A stretch of 64,000 nucleotides of DNA from an uncultured bacterium (GCA_938092135.1 CALLJL010000008.1:64019-128018); one strand, 5' to 3'. Shown: positions 50,181-59,778, counted from the first letter of the stretch. Notes: a model not told the origin generated them from the letters alone. Made by a program: numbers and translations.

Positions 50181-50333
50181 TTAAATCCCTCCTTCTTCGA
50201 GTTTTTCCTGAAAAATAGAGGTAAATAAATTAATAACAGAAAATAGAGAAAAGAGGAGAACAAAAAAGAATAAAGATTTGAAAAAAATCAAGGAACAAAA
50301 AAAGAAAGGAAATAATCAGGCCTGTTGAATTTC

Positions 50334-51224
50334 TTAGGCCGGATAGACATCATACTTCGCTACCAAATGACAGGGATGGTAAGAAAGTTTAGCCCTTTTC
50401 AGGCCCGGATGTCCTAGGTCTTGTTCAAGATTGATCAGAGGAAAAGGGGAGAGTTTTTGCCGACAGGCTTCCCATAAAAGGGTCTGGGATGCTCCTGGCA
50501 ATTTTAAATCAGCGTAATGAAAATGAATGACAGCAGTCTGCCTGTTGAGGCTTGAGGCAATAAAAAAACCTTTTATTTCTCCCCTGATAATTAAAGCTCC
50601 CCCTATTAGGTCCAAAGCAGTCCATAATTCAAAGGCAAGCTCCAAGGCTCTAGCCTGATCCTTAAAGTTCAGAGGAGAGAGGGATTCCTTACCTCCTTTT
50701 TGTTCAGCCCAGCAAAGGAAAAAGTTCATAGCCTCCCGTCGCCAGTTTTGGTCCATCGATTTGATTTCATAATCGGGAAAAGAAGATTGAAAGCGACGGA
50801 TGAGATTTCTTTTGCCATCAAATTTCTTACCCTTGAGGCTGACCATTTCCTCCCGCCAATAAAGATAATCAAATTGATCACGGTTCTCCCGAATAAGCAC
50901 TTTATCTTGCGGGAAATAGGAAAGAAAATTTGCAGGTAAACGGGAAAAACGACCCACCTGGTGAAGAAGCTCCATAAGAAAAAAAGGCGAGGGAGGTGGA
51001 CCTAGGGGCTCAAGAAGAAAGGGTAATTCATTGGGCGGGCTTAACCAGAGGAGAAGATAATCTTTATAGATGGCGAGTTTAGGCCGATCAAATTCCTGCC
51101 AGATAAAAAGATTGGCCAAACTAAGCTCACTCACCTCCGGATTTTTTGCGGCCAGGGCCTGACGAATAAAACTTAAATGATTAAGATCAAGAGGCTTCCA
51201 GGATAAATCAAGCTTCCAACTCAT
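50334..51224 (-). CDS. DUF2156 / aminoacyl-phosphatidylglycerol synthase-like soluble protein
   Basis: SE.S.ANL..W, R...DY.Y....LKGKKF..KRN..RF, INLEQDLG..GL..AK.SY.P. Confidence 0.85.
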   Translation of the reverse strand: MSWKLDLSWKPLDLNHLSFIRQALAAKNPEVSELSLANLFIWQEFDRPKLAIYKDYLLLWLSPPNELPFLLEPLGPPPSPFFLMELLHQVGRFSRLPANFLSYFPQDKVLIRENRDQFDYLYWREEMVSLKGKKFDGKRNLIRRFQSSFPDYEIKSMDQNWRREAMNFFLCWAEQKGGKESLSPLNFKDQARALELAFELWTALDLIGGALIIRGEIKGFFIASSLNRQTAVIHFHYADLKLPGASQTLLWEACRQKLSPFPLINLEQDLGHPGLKRAKLSYHPCHLVAKYDVYPA

Positions 51225-51320
51225 TCTCCAACGTTAAACTTAACCGTTCTTTTCTTTTCTTATTTTATCATAATTATTTTTTAAATAAAAAATTTTTAAT
51301 ATTTTCAACTAATGGACCTC

Positions 51321-51731
51321 CTACGGCTTTCTTCTAACTAAGCAAAGGCATTGATTAGGCCTGCAGCCTTGACAGTCAAGAATACTTCTAGAAGGGAGAA
51401 AGGCGGGTGGATCCACCTTTTGGAAACCAAAGTGAAAGAAAAACTCGGGAATAATGGTATAAAGATAAACATCTTTATCCCTCTTCTTTAAAACAGCTTG
51501 AAGCAATTGCCTGGCCAAGCCCCGGCCCCTTTTTTCGGGGAGAAGACCTACTGAACTTAAGAAATAAGCCGGGCCAAGGTCAGTGATTCTGGCCAGACCG
51601 ACAAGTTCCCCCTTCTCCTCAATGACCCAGGTTTCGTCAGGTCTCAAAGAGGGTATCTCAAGATCGAGTTTTCTTTCAAGCTCGGCAATTAAAGACTTTT
51701 CCTCTGATTTAGCCAGTCGTATCTTAATCAT
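51321..51731 (-). CDS. GNAT-family N-acetyltransferase (ArgA-like short form)
   Basis: RGRGLARQL acetyl-CoA motif, YLYTI.PEFF...GF, C-terminal CxxC...CxC. Confidence 0.85.
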   Translation of the reverse strand: MIKIRLAKSEEKSLIAELERKLDLEIPSLRPDETWVIEEKGELVGLARITDLGPAYFLSSVGLLPEKRGRGLARQLLQAVLKKRDKDVYLYTIIPEFFFHFGFQKVDPPAFLPSRSILDCQGCRPNQCLCLVRRKP

Positions 51732-51902
51732 AAAATTTATTATATCCTAAAAAATTATCGTTTAAATTGTCTAAAATTTATCTTCTCGATAAATCAAGCC
51801 TTTTGGCCTGAAAAATTTCGATCCAAAGAGTATTTTGAGAAAAAAAATTGAACCATTCGTTTAAAGAAATTAAGGAAAGGGAAGAGAAAGACGGAGGTAT
51901 CG

Positions 51903-52097
51903 ATGAAATTTAAGGTTCGTTTAATGAAAATAGATCAAGAGGGCTATGTTGTCTGGGTCCCTGGACTTCCTGGATGTTCAGCCTTTGGGCGGACCAGAGA
52001 AGAGGCCCTTGACAAAATCAAATCTGCTCTCCTCGATTATCTAGAAGCTCTCGATGAAGACGAAAGAGAGCTAGAATCCGGCTTCGTGGAAATTTAA
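51903..52097 (+). CDS. HicB-family antitoxin-like protein (N-terminal domain only)
   Basis: GY.V.VP.LPGC...G.T.EEAL..I..A...YL; GGAGGT RBS. Confidence 0.85.
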   Translation: MKFKVRLMKIDQEGYVVWVPGLPGCSAFGRTREEALDKIKSALLDYLEALDEDERELESGFVEI

Positions 52098-52224
52098 AAA
52101 AGATAAATAAAATAGCCCCCAAAAAGCTAACCAATTTAAAAATCGCGTTGATTTATTTCCTTTTTTTCTTAATTTTTAATTAAATTCTTTCATTAAAAAA
52201 GGAGTATTGAGAGGAGGTTAGATT

Positions 52225-52572
52225 ATGACCAACAGGCTCAAAGAATTTCAAGCCTATCGGGAGAAGATGAATCGCCAAATTCTTAACTGTGGCCATCTTG
52301 GCCTCAAAAGATTTTTCAATCTCGATTCAGCCGCCTATCGCGATGGAGCTCTTCCGGGGAAAATCAAAGAATTGCTTGGCCTGGTGGCTTCAACTGTTTT
52401 GCGATGTAACGACTGTATCGATTATCATCTTCTGCAATGCGTTAAGGCCGGTTGGAAGGATGAAGCTATCTATGATGCCCTAAATGTTGCTCTTGTTGTT
52501 GGGGGAAGCATTGTCATCCCCCATCTGCGTCACGCCTTCGAAACGCTTGAGCTTATCCGCCAGGAAAAATAG
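52225..52572 (+). CDS. AhpD/carboxymuconolactone decarboxylase family protein
   Basis: GAL..K.KEL..L.AS....C..C..YH, GG....PH. Confidence 0.9.
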   Translation: MTNRLKEFQAYREKMNRQILNCGHLGLKRFFNLDSAAYRDGALPGKIKELLGLVASTVLRCNDCIDYHLLQCVKAGWKDEAIYDALNVALVVGGSIVIPHLRHAFETLELIRQEK

Positions 52573-52584
52573 GAATAAACCAAT

Positions 52585-52833
52585 TCATCGAACATAGGGC
52601 AAGAACAAAAGGAACCAGGGAAGTAGTTTATCTATAAACAAGCATTGATAATAAAGTTGGTCGCATTGCCCGAGAGCCAGGGCCGTTTTGATCCATCCCC
52701 AATCCTGCATAAGAACCTCAGAGACACATTTCTCATGTACTCTTTGGCAGAAAGAATCGTCTTCACTATAAGAAATGATGGGGCTAAAAATTAACCAGAG
52801 CCAAAGAAAAATTAAAAGGCCTGCCTTTCTCAT
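52585..52833 (-). CDS. Small exported Cys-containing protein
   Basis: GGAGGTG RBS before ATG 52833, signal peptide, CX6C-X20-CX6C, hydrophobic C-terminus. Confidence 0.65.
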   Translation of the reverse strand: MRKAGLLIFLWLWLIFSPIISYSEDDSFCQRVHEKCVSEVLMQDWGWIKTALALGQCDQLYYQCLFIDKLLPWFLLFLPYVR

Positions 52834-53157
52834 TGTTTTCACCTCCGCTATTTTTATAAGCAATTTTTAGGCCAAAGTTTCTTCTTTAGGCAAGGATAAT
52901 TCCAGGGAAAAATTTCTCTTATTTGGAATAAAGAGAAAGTCTCTTACAACCAAAAGTCACACTTTGTGATCTTACGTCACAGCTTAATAAGCTCGTTATT
53001 TTAAACGAAACCAATTAGTTATAAATGGGCTGTCTCTAAGTGAGACCTAGAGGGGGAAAAAGGACTAAAGTGAATTTTCCTACAATTTTTTACAATGAAT
53101 TATTTTTCGTTTTGATTTTATTTTTCGCTTCGATTTTTTTAAACAGCTCTTAATTAA

Positions 53158-53185
53158 TTGACGAAAAATGATCAGAATGTATAAT
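53158..53185 (+). promoter_or_regulatory. sigma70 promoter of the VKOR-DsbA gene
   Basis: TTGACG-16 bp-TATAAT. Confidence 0.7.
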
Positions 53186-53210
53186 AAAAGAAAAATTAGG
53201 GAGCTTAAAG

Positions 53211-54443
53211 GTGAATAACCAAAATAATTGGCGGCGAGCCGGTATTTTCCTATCTGGAATTGGTCAGATTGTCTTTTCTCTGCTGACCATTCGCCATTTT
53301 TTCCTAGCCAATTTTCCCGAAACCATTTTCCGCGGTTCTTTTTGCGATATATCAGCCTTCCTTAATTGCGATAGTTCAGCCTATTCGCCAATTGCCCATT
53401 TCAAGGGTGTTCCTCTTGGTTATTTTGGCTTTGTTCTTGGAATTATTTTCTGCCTCGGAGCAGTTTTCCCTTCTGGCCGCTGGGAAAGGACAAATTTTTT
53501 CCTGAGTTTCTGGAACTTACTGGCGGTAATTGGCCTTTTCATCTATTCAGTCTTTTTTCTAAAAAGTCTTTGTCTTCTTTGCAGTGGCTACTATTTCTTT
53601 TCAATTATCGTCTTCATTCTCTATGTTGTCAGCCTCCGGCCAGAGGGCTTTAGTTTGCGTCATCTTACCCGACCCTCTTTGGCTTTACTTCTTACCTTGG
53701 CTATTTTCACAGCTTCAGGAGCTTTTGGCTTTCATCTTTATTATAAAGCCAAGGATGAGGCCCAGACAGGCCGGGCAATGAAGGCAGTCAAGGATTTTTA
53801 TGAATTACCCTTTACCCCTTATCCCAGTATTCTTTCGCCGGCCTGGATCATTCGTTCCACTGAACGTTTTGAGGATGCCCCCATCCAGATAGTCGTTTAT
53901 GGCGACTTTCTTTGCCCCGATTGCCAATTTTTCGCCCTACAGCTTGAAAAAATGCAGACCGAATTTGCGGGAAAAATTAACGCTATCTTTCAATTTTTCC
54001 CCCTCGAAAACCGGTGCAATCAGGTTGTTAATAAAAATCTTCATCCTGGCTCTTGTGAGCTCTCCTATCTTGCCGCTTATATTGCTTTATATCGGCCGGA
54101 AAAATTTCCTGAACTCCATCATGAAATTTTTGCCAATTTGAGAGCCGCCCGAAGCCCTGATTGGCGTCTTGATCTGGCTCGTCGATACGAAGCTGAAGAA
54201 GCCTTAACCGATTCTCACATTCAATCGCTCGTTCATCAGATTATTGAAACCGGTAAAGAATATGAACGAACTTCAGATCGTTATCCCTATGGTATTCGGT
54301 CAACTCCCACAGTAATTTTAAATAACCGCATGATTATCGGTACTCTTCCCGACTATCAACTTCGAGCCATTTTTAAAGCTCTCATCGAAGAAAAAGAAAC
54401 GGGCACTCGCCGTTTCCTTGAGAATTGGGTTCCTCTACGCTGA
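53211..54443 (+). CDS. VKOR-DsbA (thioredoxin-fold) fusion, disulfide bond formation
   Basis: VKOR loop C.I....NC...S.....GVP...G, CLLC in a TM helix, then DF.CPDC, FPL...C, STPT cis-Pro. Confidence 0.9.
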   Translation: MNNQNNWRRAGIFLSGIGQIVFSLLTIRHFFLANFPETIFRGSFCDISAFLNCDSSAYSPIAHFKGVPLGYFGFVLGIIFCLGAVFPSGRWERTNFFLSFWNLLAVIGLFIYSVFFLKSLCLLCSGYYFFSIIVFILYVVSLRPEGFSLRHLTRPSLALLLTLAIFTASGAFGFHLYYKAKDEAQTGRAMKAVKDFYELPFTPYPSILSPAWIIRSTERFEDAPIQIVVYGDFLCPDCQFFALQLEKMQTEFAGKINAIFQFFPLENRCNQVVNKNLHPGSCELSYLAAYIALYRPEKFPELHHEIFANLRAARSPDWRLDLARRYEAEEALTDSHIQSLVHQIIETGKEYERTSDRYPYGIRSTPTVILNNRMIIGTLPDYQLRAIFKALIEEKETGTRRFLENWVPLR

Positions 54444-54593
54444 AAAATGCTTTTTACATTTAAGCTAATTACCTCATATATTGAATAGTTAAATCAATCG
54501 AGCTTTCATAGTTTCCCTTGACAGGAAAAAAGAAAGTTTATTTTTTAAGAAAGGTGCAACCTCAGAAAAAAGAAAAAGTCCATCTTCATTGCC

Positions 54594-55172
54594 ATGACGG
54601 ATATAAAATGGACACAAATAGATCATTTATTTGGATATGATTTTTCTATTTTTCTTTATCATAGATATTTCCTTCGCCTGGGCTCCGCCTTCATCCCTAG
54701 GAAAAAACATTCTTGGCCAGCCCTTTCATCTTTTGGTTGAAAAAAATATATTTATCCCGATCGTTGCTTCCGTCGAATCTTCGAAACCTGTCTAATATGT
54801 TTAAATAATCTGAAATTAAAAGCGACAGCTTTTATCAACGAAGAGCATCTTTTGCTGGCCCTGGCCCGGACTAAAATTAATCAATTCCGATTTATGGGTC
54901 AGGAAAATCTTGGTACAAGAATTCCTGACCTCGGATGGATTGGTAACGGTCTTCTCTTTCTTCAAATCCATATCAGTGAGGAAATTTACGGTCTTGCCAT
55001 CATTTTCAAGGTGGGTACCGATAGGAGTTTAAGTCCGAGTCAGGCTTCAGTGGCTAAGGCTGAAAGAATGGTGGATGCTTTCATTAATTCTTTAAATGAG
55101 ATTTTGAAAGATTTTTCTAAAGGGGTCTATTTCCTTGATCAGATAAAATTGGTGACTCCGGCATCTTTATAA
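54594..55172 (+). pseudogene. Interrupted hypothetical gene (break at A7 run / TGA near 54740)
   Basis: The frame of ORF 54852..55172 is open back to 54741. Upstream are a signal-peptide-like ORF (54637-54795, other frame) and an in-frame ATG at 54594 ending at TGA 54738. Confidence 0.45.
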
Positions 55173-55311
55173 AAGCCATAGCTTTGAATTTTTTCCTTTC
55201 TAAGAGAGTTTCTGTTTTGGCCCTAAATCAGTCTTTTTTTGCGATTTGTTGGCCTCTCTTATTAAAACTAAGGTTTAAAAGAGTCATTAATTTCCTGGAC
55301 CTGGACACCAT

Positions 55312-55386
55312 TTGACTTAAATCAAAACAAGAGGCTATACTGATTTTTCTAAAGGAGCAGAAGAAAAATTACCTGATTTAAATCAA
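55312..55386 (+). promoter_or_regulatory. pckG promoter with two Fnr/Crp-family-like boxes
   Basis: TTGACT-18 bp-TATACT; TTGAC-TTAA-ATCAA (55312) and CTGAT-TTAA-ATCAA (55373). Confidence 0.55.
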
Positions 55387-55421
55387 TTGGTTAAACTGAA
55401 ATATTTCTCGGGAAACTAACG

Positions 55422-57191
55422 ATGTCCACAGCCGTCGAAAAATGGGTAGAGGAACAGGCCAGAATAGCCCAGCCAGCCCGCATCCACTGGTGTGACGGTA
55501 CTGAAGGTGAAGCCCTTCGTCTCTTAGAAATTGGTCTAAATGAGGAAAGGCTTAATGGCCCAGTTTTTCTTGAGCTAAATCAGAAAAAATGGCCAAAGGC
55601 CTTTCTCCATCGAAGCCACCCTACCGATGTTGCCCGAACCGAACACTTAACTTATGTCTGCCATCCTAGTCGAGAGATGAGCGGTCCCAATAACAATTGG
55701 ATGGAGCCAGGAGAGGCCAAACGTCTTCTTATGCACCTTTCGAAGGGATGCATGAGGGGCCGAACAATGTATGTTCTTCCCTATATGATGGGACATCCTG
55801 ACTCTCCCTATGCCAAAGCCTGTGTCCAAATTACCGACAGCACCTATGTGGCCGTCAGCATGAGAATTATGACCAGGCTGGGCAAGGAGGCTCTCAGAAA
55901 ACTCAAAAATTGTAACGATTTTGTTCGTGGCTTCCATTCAATTGGCGACCTAAACCCCAAGCGCCGTTATATTATGCATTTCCCCGATGAAAATCTTGTC
56001 TGGAGCATCGGCTCAGGCTATGGCGGCAATGCTTTGCTCGGTAAGAAATGTTTTTCCCTGCGAATCGCCTCCTGGCTCGGTTATCGTCAGGGCTGGCTCG
56101 CTGAGCATATGGTGATCATGGGAGTAGAAGATCCCCAGGGAGAAATAACCTATATTTGCGGCGCCTTTCCCAGTGCCTGCGGCAAAACCAATTTGGCTAT
56201 GATGGAGTCGGCCCTAGGTGGTTACCGCGTCTGGACTCTGGGAGATGATATAGCCTGGCTGAATATTGGACCTGATGGTCGTCTATATGCTATCAATCCT
56301 GAAACAGGCTATTTTGGTGTTGCTCCCGGAACTTCAATGGCTTCTAATCCTAATATGATGCGCACTTTACGCCGCGGTCTCTTTACCCCAACGCTCTTCA
56401 CCAATGTGGCCTTAAACCCAGAGACTAATGAGCCGTGGTGGGAGGGACTCGATGGTCCTGTGCCTGAAAAACTCCTCGATTGGCAAGGAAGACCTTGGAA
56501 ACCAGGTTCAAAAGAGAAGGCAGCCCATCCCAATTCACGATTTACCGTTTCAATTTATAATACCCCAACGCTTTCACCTGAATTCGACAATCCTCAAGGT
56601 GTTCCCATTTCTGCCATCATTTTTGGAGGCCGCCGCGCCCATCTAATTCCCCTTGTAGTTGAAAGCTTTGACTGGACCCATGGAGTTTTTCTGGGGGCAC
56701 GAATGGGATCAGAAACCACAGCTGCTGCCACCGGCGAAGTGGGTGTTGTTCGTCGTGATCCCATGGCTATGCTCCCTTTTTGTGGCTACAATATGGGCGT
56801 CTATTTCCGCCACTGGCTGAACATGGGAAACAGACTAACCCATCCACCTAAAATTTTCTCTGTCAATTGGTTCCGGGTCGACGAGAATGGACGCTTCATT
56901 TGGCCTGGTTTTGGTGAAAATATGCGAGTGTTAAAATGGATTATAGACCGAGTAAAGGGGAAGGTAGGTGCCAGGGAAACTCCGATAGGCCTTGTTCCCC
57001 ATCTCCATGATCTTGTTATTGATGACCTTAATCTGCCCTGGGAAAGACTGGCTAAACTCTTTGAAGTTAAGATGCCTGAATGGAAGAAGGAAGTGGAGGA
57101 AATCCGCCAATTTTTCAAGCAATACGGCCAGCATATGCCGCGGGAACTCTGGGAAAACTTGGAAGCTTTGGAAAGAGCTACCAAGTCCTGA
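55422..57191 (+). CDS. pckG: Phosphoenolpyruvate carboxykinase (GTP)
   Basis: DVAR.E, GSGYGGNALLGKKC, WLAEHM, AFPSACGKTN, GDDIAW, HPNSRF, RDPMAMLPFCGY. Confidence 0.97.
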   Translation: MSTAVEKWVEEQARIAQPARIHWCDGTEGEALRLLEIGLNEERLNGPVFLELNQKKWPKAFLHRSHPTDVARTEHLTYVCHPSREMSGPNNNWMEPGEAKRLLMHLSKGCMRGRTMYVLPYMMGHPDSPYAKACVQITDSTYVAVSMRIMTRLGKEALRKLKNCNDFVRGFHSIGDLNPKRRYIMHFPDENLVWSIGSGYGGNALLGKKCFSLRIASWLGYRQGWLAEHMVIMGVEDPQGEITYICGAFPSACGKTNLAMMESALGGYRVWTLGDDIAWLNIGPDGRLYAINPETGYFGVAPGTSMASNPNMMRTLRRGLFTPTLFTNVALNPETNEPWWEGLDGPVPEKLLDWQGRPWKPGSKEKAAHPNSRFTVSIYNTPTLSPEFDNPQGVPISAIIFGGRRAHLIPLVVESFDWTHGVFLGARMGSETTAAATGEVGVVRRDPMAMLPFCGYNMGVYFRHWLNMGNRLTHPPKIFSVNWFRVDENGRFIWPGFGENMRVLKWIIDRVKGKVGARETPIGLVPHLHDLVIDDLNLPWERLAKLFEVKMPEWKKEVEEIRQFFKQYGQHMPRELWENLEALERATKS

Positions 57192-57418
57192 TTTCTAGCC
57201 CTTAAAAAGGGCAAAAAGCCATTATCAGGCAATGAAAAGCTAAGGGCTGAATTTCAACTAATGAATTATCTTTGGCTAGGAGCTAATTATCGATATCAGG
57301 ACTCTAAAAAAGCTAATAAAAACAATCCTTTGATTGGATAAAAAAATACCAAATATTAAAATTAAAAAATATGAAATTAAAAAAAGAAGGGAAATGTTAA
57401 AAGAGGAGTAATAAAAAT

Positions 57419-58768
57419 ATGAGAAAATATCCTGAGATTGCCTTAGCTATTCCCGAAATTCTTTTACCCCGACCCGGGATTGATCTTACTCGCTGGTCGG
57501 TTATTGCCTGTGACCAGCATACCTCTGAACCTGAATATTGGCAGGAGGTTGAGCGACTAGTTGCGGATTCGCCCTCTACCCTTCGACTTATATATCCTGA
57601 AGTTTACCTAAAAGAAAAAGACCAGGAAGCGCGAATCAAGCAGATCAGAGAAAATATGAATCGTTACCTCGAGCAAGACCTTTTTGTTTCCTATGAAGGT
57701 CTGGTTTATGTGGAAAGACAGGTGTCTTCAGGCAAAAGAGGGGGTCTTCTTCTCTGTCTCGATTTAGAGCATTATGATTTCAATCCTGGGGCCAAAACTT
57801 TGATCCGGGCAACCGAAGGAACTATTCTCGAAAGAATCCCACCCAGGGTAAAGATAAGGGATGGAGCTCCCCTTGAACTTCCCCATGTCCTTGTTCTCAT
57901 CGATGATCCTGAAGACCGGGTGATCGGACCTTTGAGGACAATGGCTGAAGAGGGGCATCCTGGGCTAAAAAAACTTTATGATTTCGATCTTATGCTCAAC
58001 TCAGGTCATATCCAGGGCTGGCTCATTGCCGAGCAAAAAATTGAAGCTAAAATTGTTGAGAATCTAAAATATCTCGCTGAACCCACCCACTTCATCTCTC
58101 GATATCAGGTGCCACCTGGAACTTCGGTTCTTCTCTATGCCGTCGGCGATGGTAATCATTCCTTGGCAACAGCCAAAACTATCTGGGAGAAGAAGAAAAA
58201 TCTTCTCCAGGAAAAGACCTCTTTCTTAGAATCTCCTTTGCGCTATGCTATGGTCGAAGTGGTCAACCTCCATGATCCAGCGCTTGTCTTTGAACCTATC
58301 CATCGAGTGCTCTTTGAGCTGAAATCGGAGATTAATCTACTTGAAGAAATCAAGACCTTTTTCCATGGCCAGATAAGGGTAACTAACTTTTCCTCTCTCG
58401 GAGAAATAAAAGAAAAATTGAAGGAGCTACCCGATTCAGTTCACGGTTTCGGTCTCATCGATAGAAACATGACCTGCCTGGTAGAGCTTCTGGCTTTCCA
58501 GAGCACTTTGCCGGTGGGTTCCTTGCAAGCTTTTCTCGATGACTTTATAAAGCAGAATAAAGCCAGTTACATTGATTATGTTCATGGCGATGAAGCTTTA
58601 ATCAAACTTGCCTATCAGGCTGGCAATGCCGGTTTTTATCTTCCCGCTATGGACAAAAATCAGCTTTTCAAAACAGTTATTGTCGAAGGAGTTCTTCCTC
58701 GAAAAACTTTTTCCATGGGTGAAGCTTGGGAAAAAAGATTTTATCTTGAGGCCCGTCGATTAACCTGA
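57419..58768 (+). CDS. DUF1015 family protein
   Basis: W.VIACDQ.TSEP.YW, IRATEGT..ERIPPR, YAVGDGNHSLATAK, FEPIHR, LPRKTFSMGEA.EKRFY.E. Confidence 0.85.
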   Translation: MRKYPEIALAIPEILLPRPGIDLTRWSVIACDQHTSEPEYWQEVERLVADSPSTLRLIYPEVYLKEKDQEARIKQIRENMNRYLEQDLFVSYEGLVYVERQVSSGKRGGLLLCLDLEHYDFNPGAKTLIRATEGTILERIPPRVKIRDGAPLELPHVLVLIDDPEDRVIGPLRTMAEEGHPGLKKLYDFDLMLNSGHIQGWLIAEQKIEAKIVENLKYLAEPTHFISRYQVPPGTSVLLYAVGDGNHSLATAKTIWEKKKNLLQEKTSFLESPLRYAMVEVVNLHDPALVFEPIHRVLFELKSEINLLEEIKTFFHGQIRVTNFSSLGEIKEKLKELPDSVHGFGLIDRNMTCLVELLAFQSTLPVGSLQAFLDDFIKQNKASYIDYVHGDEALIKLAYQAGNAGFYLPAMDKNQLFKTVIVEGVLPRKTFSMGEAWEKRFYLEARRLT

Positions 58769-58847
58769 CAAATCTGTGCCCAAATTGGTACCATTTTATA
58801 TATTTACCTAATTTTTAATAAAGAAAAAATTATTTAACTCAAGGAAG

Positions 58848-59546
58848 ATGAAAAGTAAAAGGATAGGAAAGATTATTTTTTGGGATTGGACTGGGACACT
58901 GGCTGACGAAGCCAGCCTCGATCGGGCAATCTGCGAGGAAATAGAAAAAGCTATAGCTAGGCAAAGGCTTATTCCTTTGTCCGAGGCTAGAAAGATTTTT
59001 CGGAACTATTTAAAACAGCTTGAAGGAAAATGGGAATGGCATGATTATGTTCGCCACGGAAGGAAATTTCATCTTCCCTGGGAAGAAATTCAAAAAAAGC
59101 ATCTTCATAAGCTTAAATTATTGCCAGGGGCTTTGGAAATTCTCACTTGGGCCAGAGATAAAGGTTATTTAAATGTCTTAGCGACTAACGCAGTCCGCCC
59201 AGTGATCAATCTTAGACTGAATTATTTAAAAATTTCTTCCCTTTTTGAAGCGCTTATTACCAGCGACGATGTTCAGGCTCTTAAGGCTGAGGGCCGTCAT
59301 TTTGAGCGGGGCCTTAAACTTTTTGAAACCAGCCCATCGATTTGTTTCTCCGTTGGTGACAATCCGGTGCAAGATATCGCTTCCGCCCGCCGTCTCGGTC
59401 TAAAAACCATTTTTTGCTGCCTCGGACCCAACTATACTCATTATCATACCACCCATCTTGCCCTTAATCATCAGGAAAAAGTGAACGCGGATTTCACGAT
59501 TTTCGAATTAATGGAGATTAAAGATATTCTTGAAAATATCGATTGA
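58848..59546 (+). CDS. HAD-superfamily hydrolase
   Basis: FWDWTGTL (motif I), ATN (II), K (III), VGDNPVQDI (IV). Confidence 0.88.
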   Translation: MKSKRIGKIIFWDWTGTLADEASLDRAICEEIEKAIARQRLIPLSEARKIFRNYLKQLEGKWEWHDYVRHGRKFHLPWEEIQKKHLHKLKLLPGALEILTWARDKGYLNVLATNAVRPVINLRLNYLKISSLFEALITSDDVQALKAEGRHFERGLKLFETSPSICFSVGDNPVQDIASARRLGLKTIFCCLGPNYTHYHTTHLALNHQEKVNADFTIFELMEIKDILENID

Positions 59547-59778
59547 AACTTAGGCTAGGATATAATGCCCAATTTAAATTTTGACATGAGAGGGTTGTAC
59601 GTGGACTCCAGTTTTGTTTAAATAGTTGCTTAGCTTTGAAGGTAAGAAGCTGGTCGAATCCCTTATTTCTTATGGAAAATTTTAAGTATTGTAAAGGAAA
59701 TTAAAATTAATCTGTAAACAGAAAAAGGTGATTAAAAGGACTAAAATTAACTAATAGGAATGCTAATAGGAATAAAAA

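Noticed and set aside
56801..57232. Antisense and alternate-frame ORFs (e.g. 56801..57232, 29429..29794, 63377..63793, 11315..11674)
   Set aside because: They lie within or largely overlap well-supported genes and show no recognisable motifs; treated as shadow ORFs.
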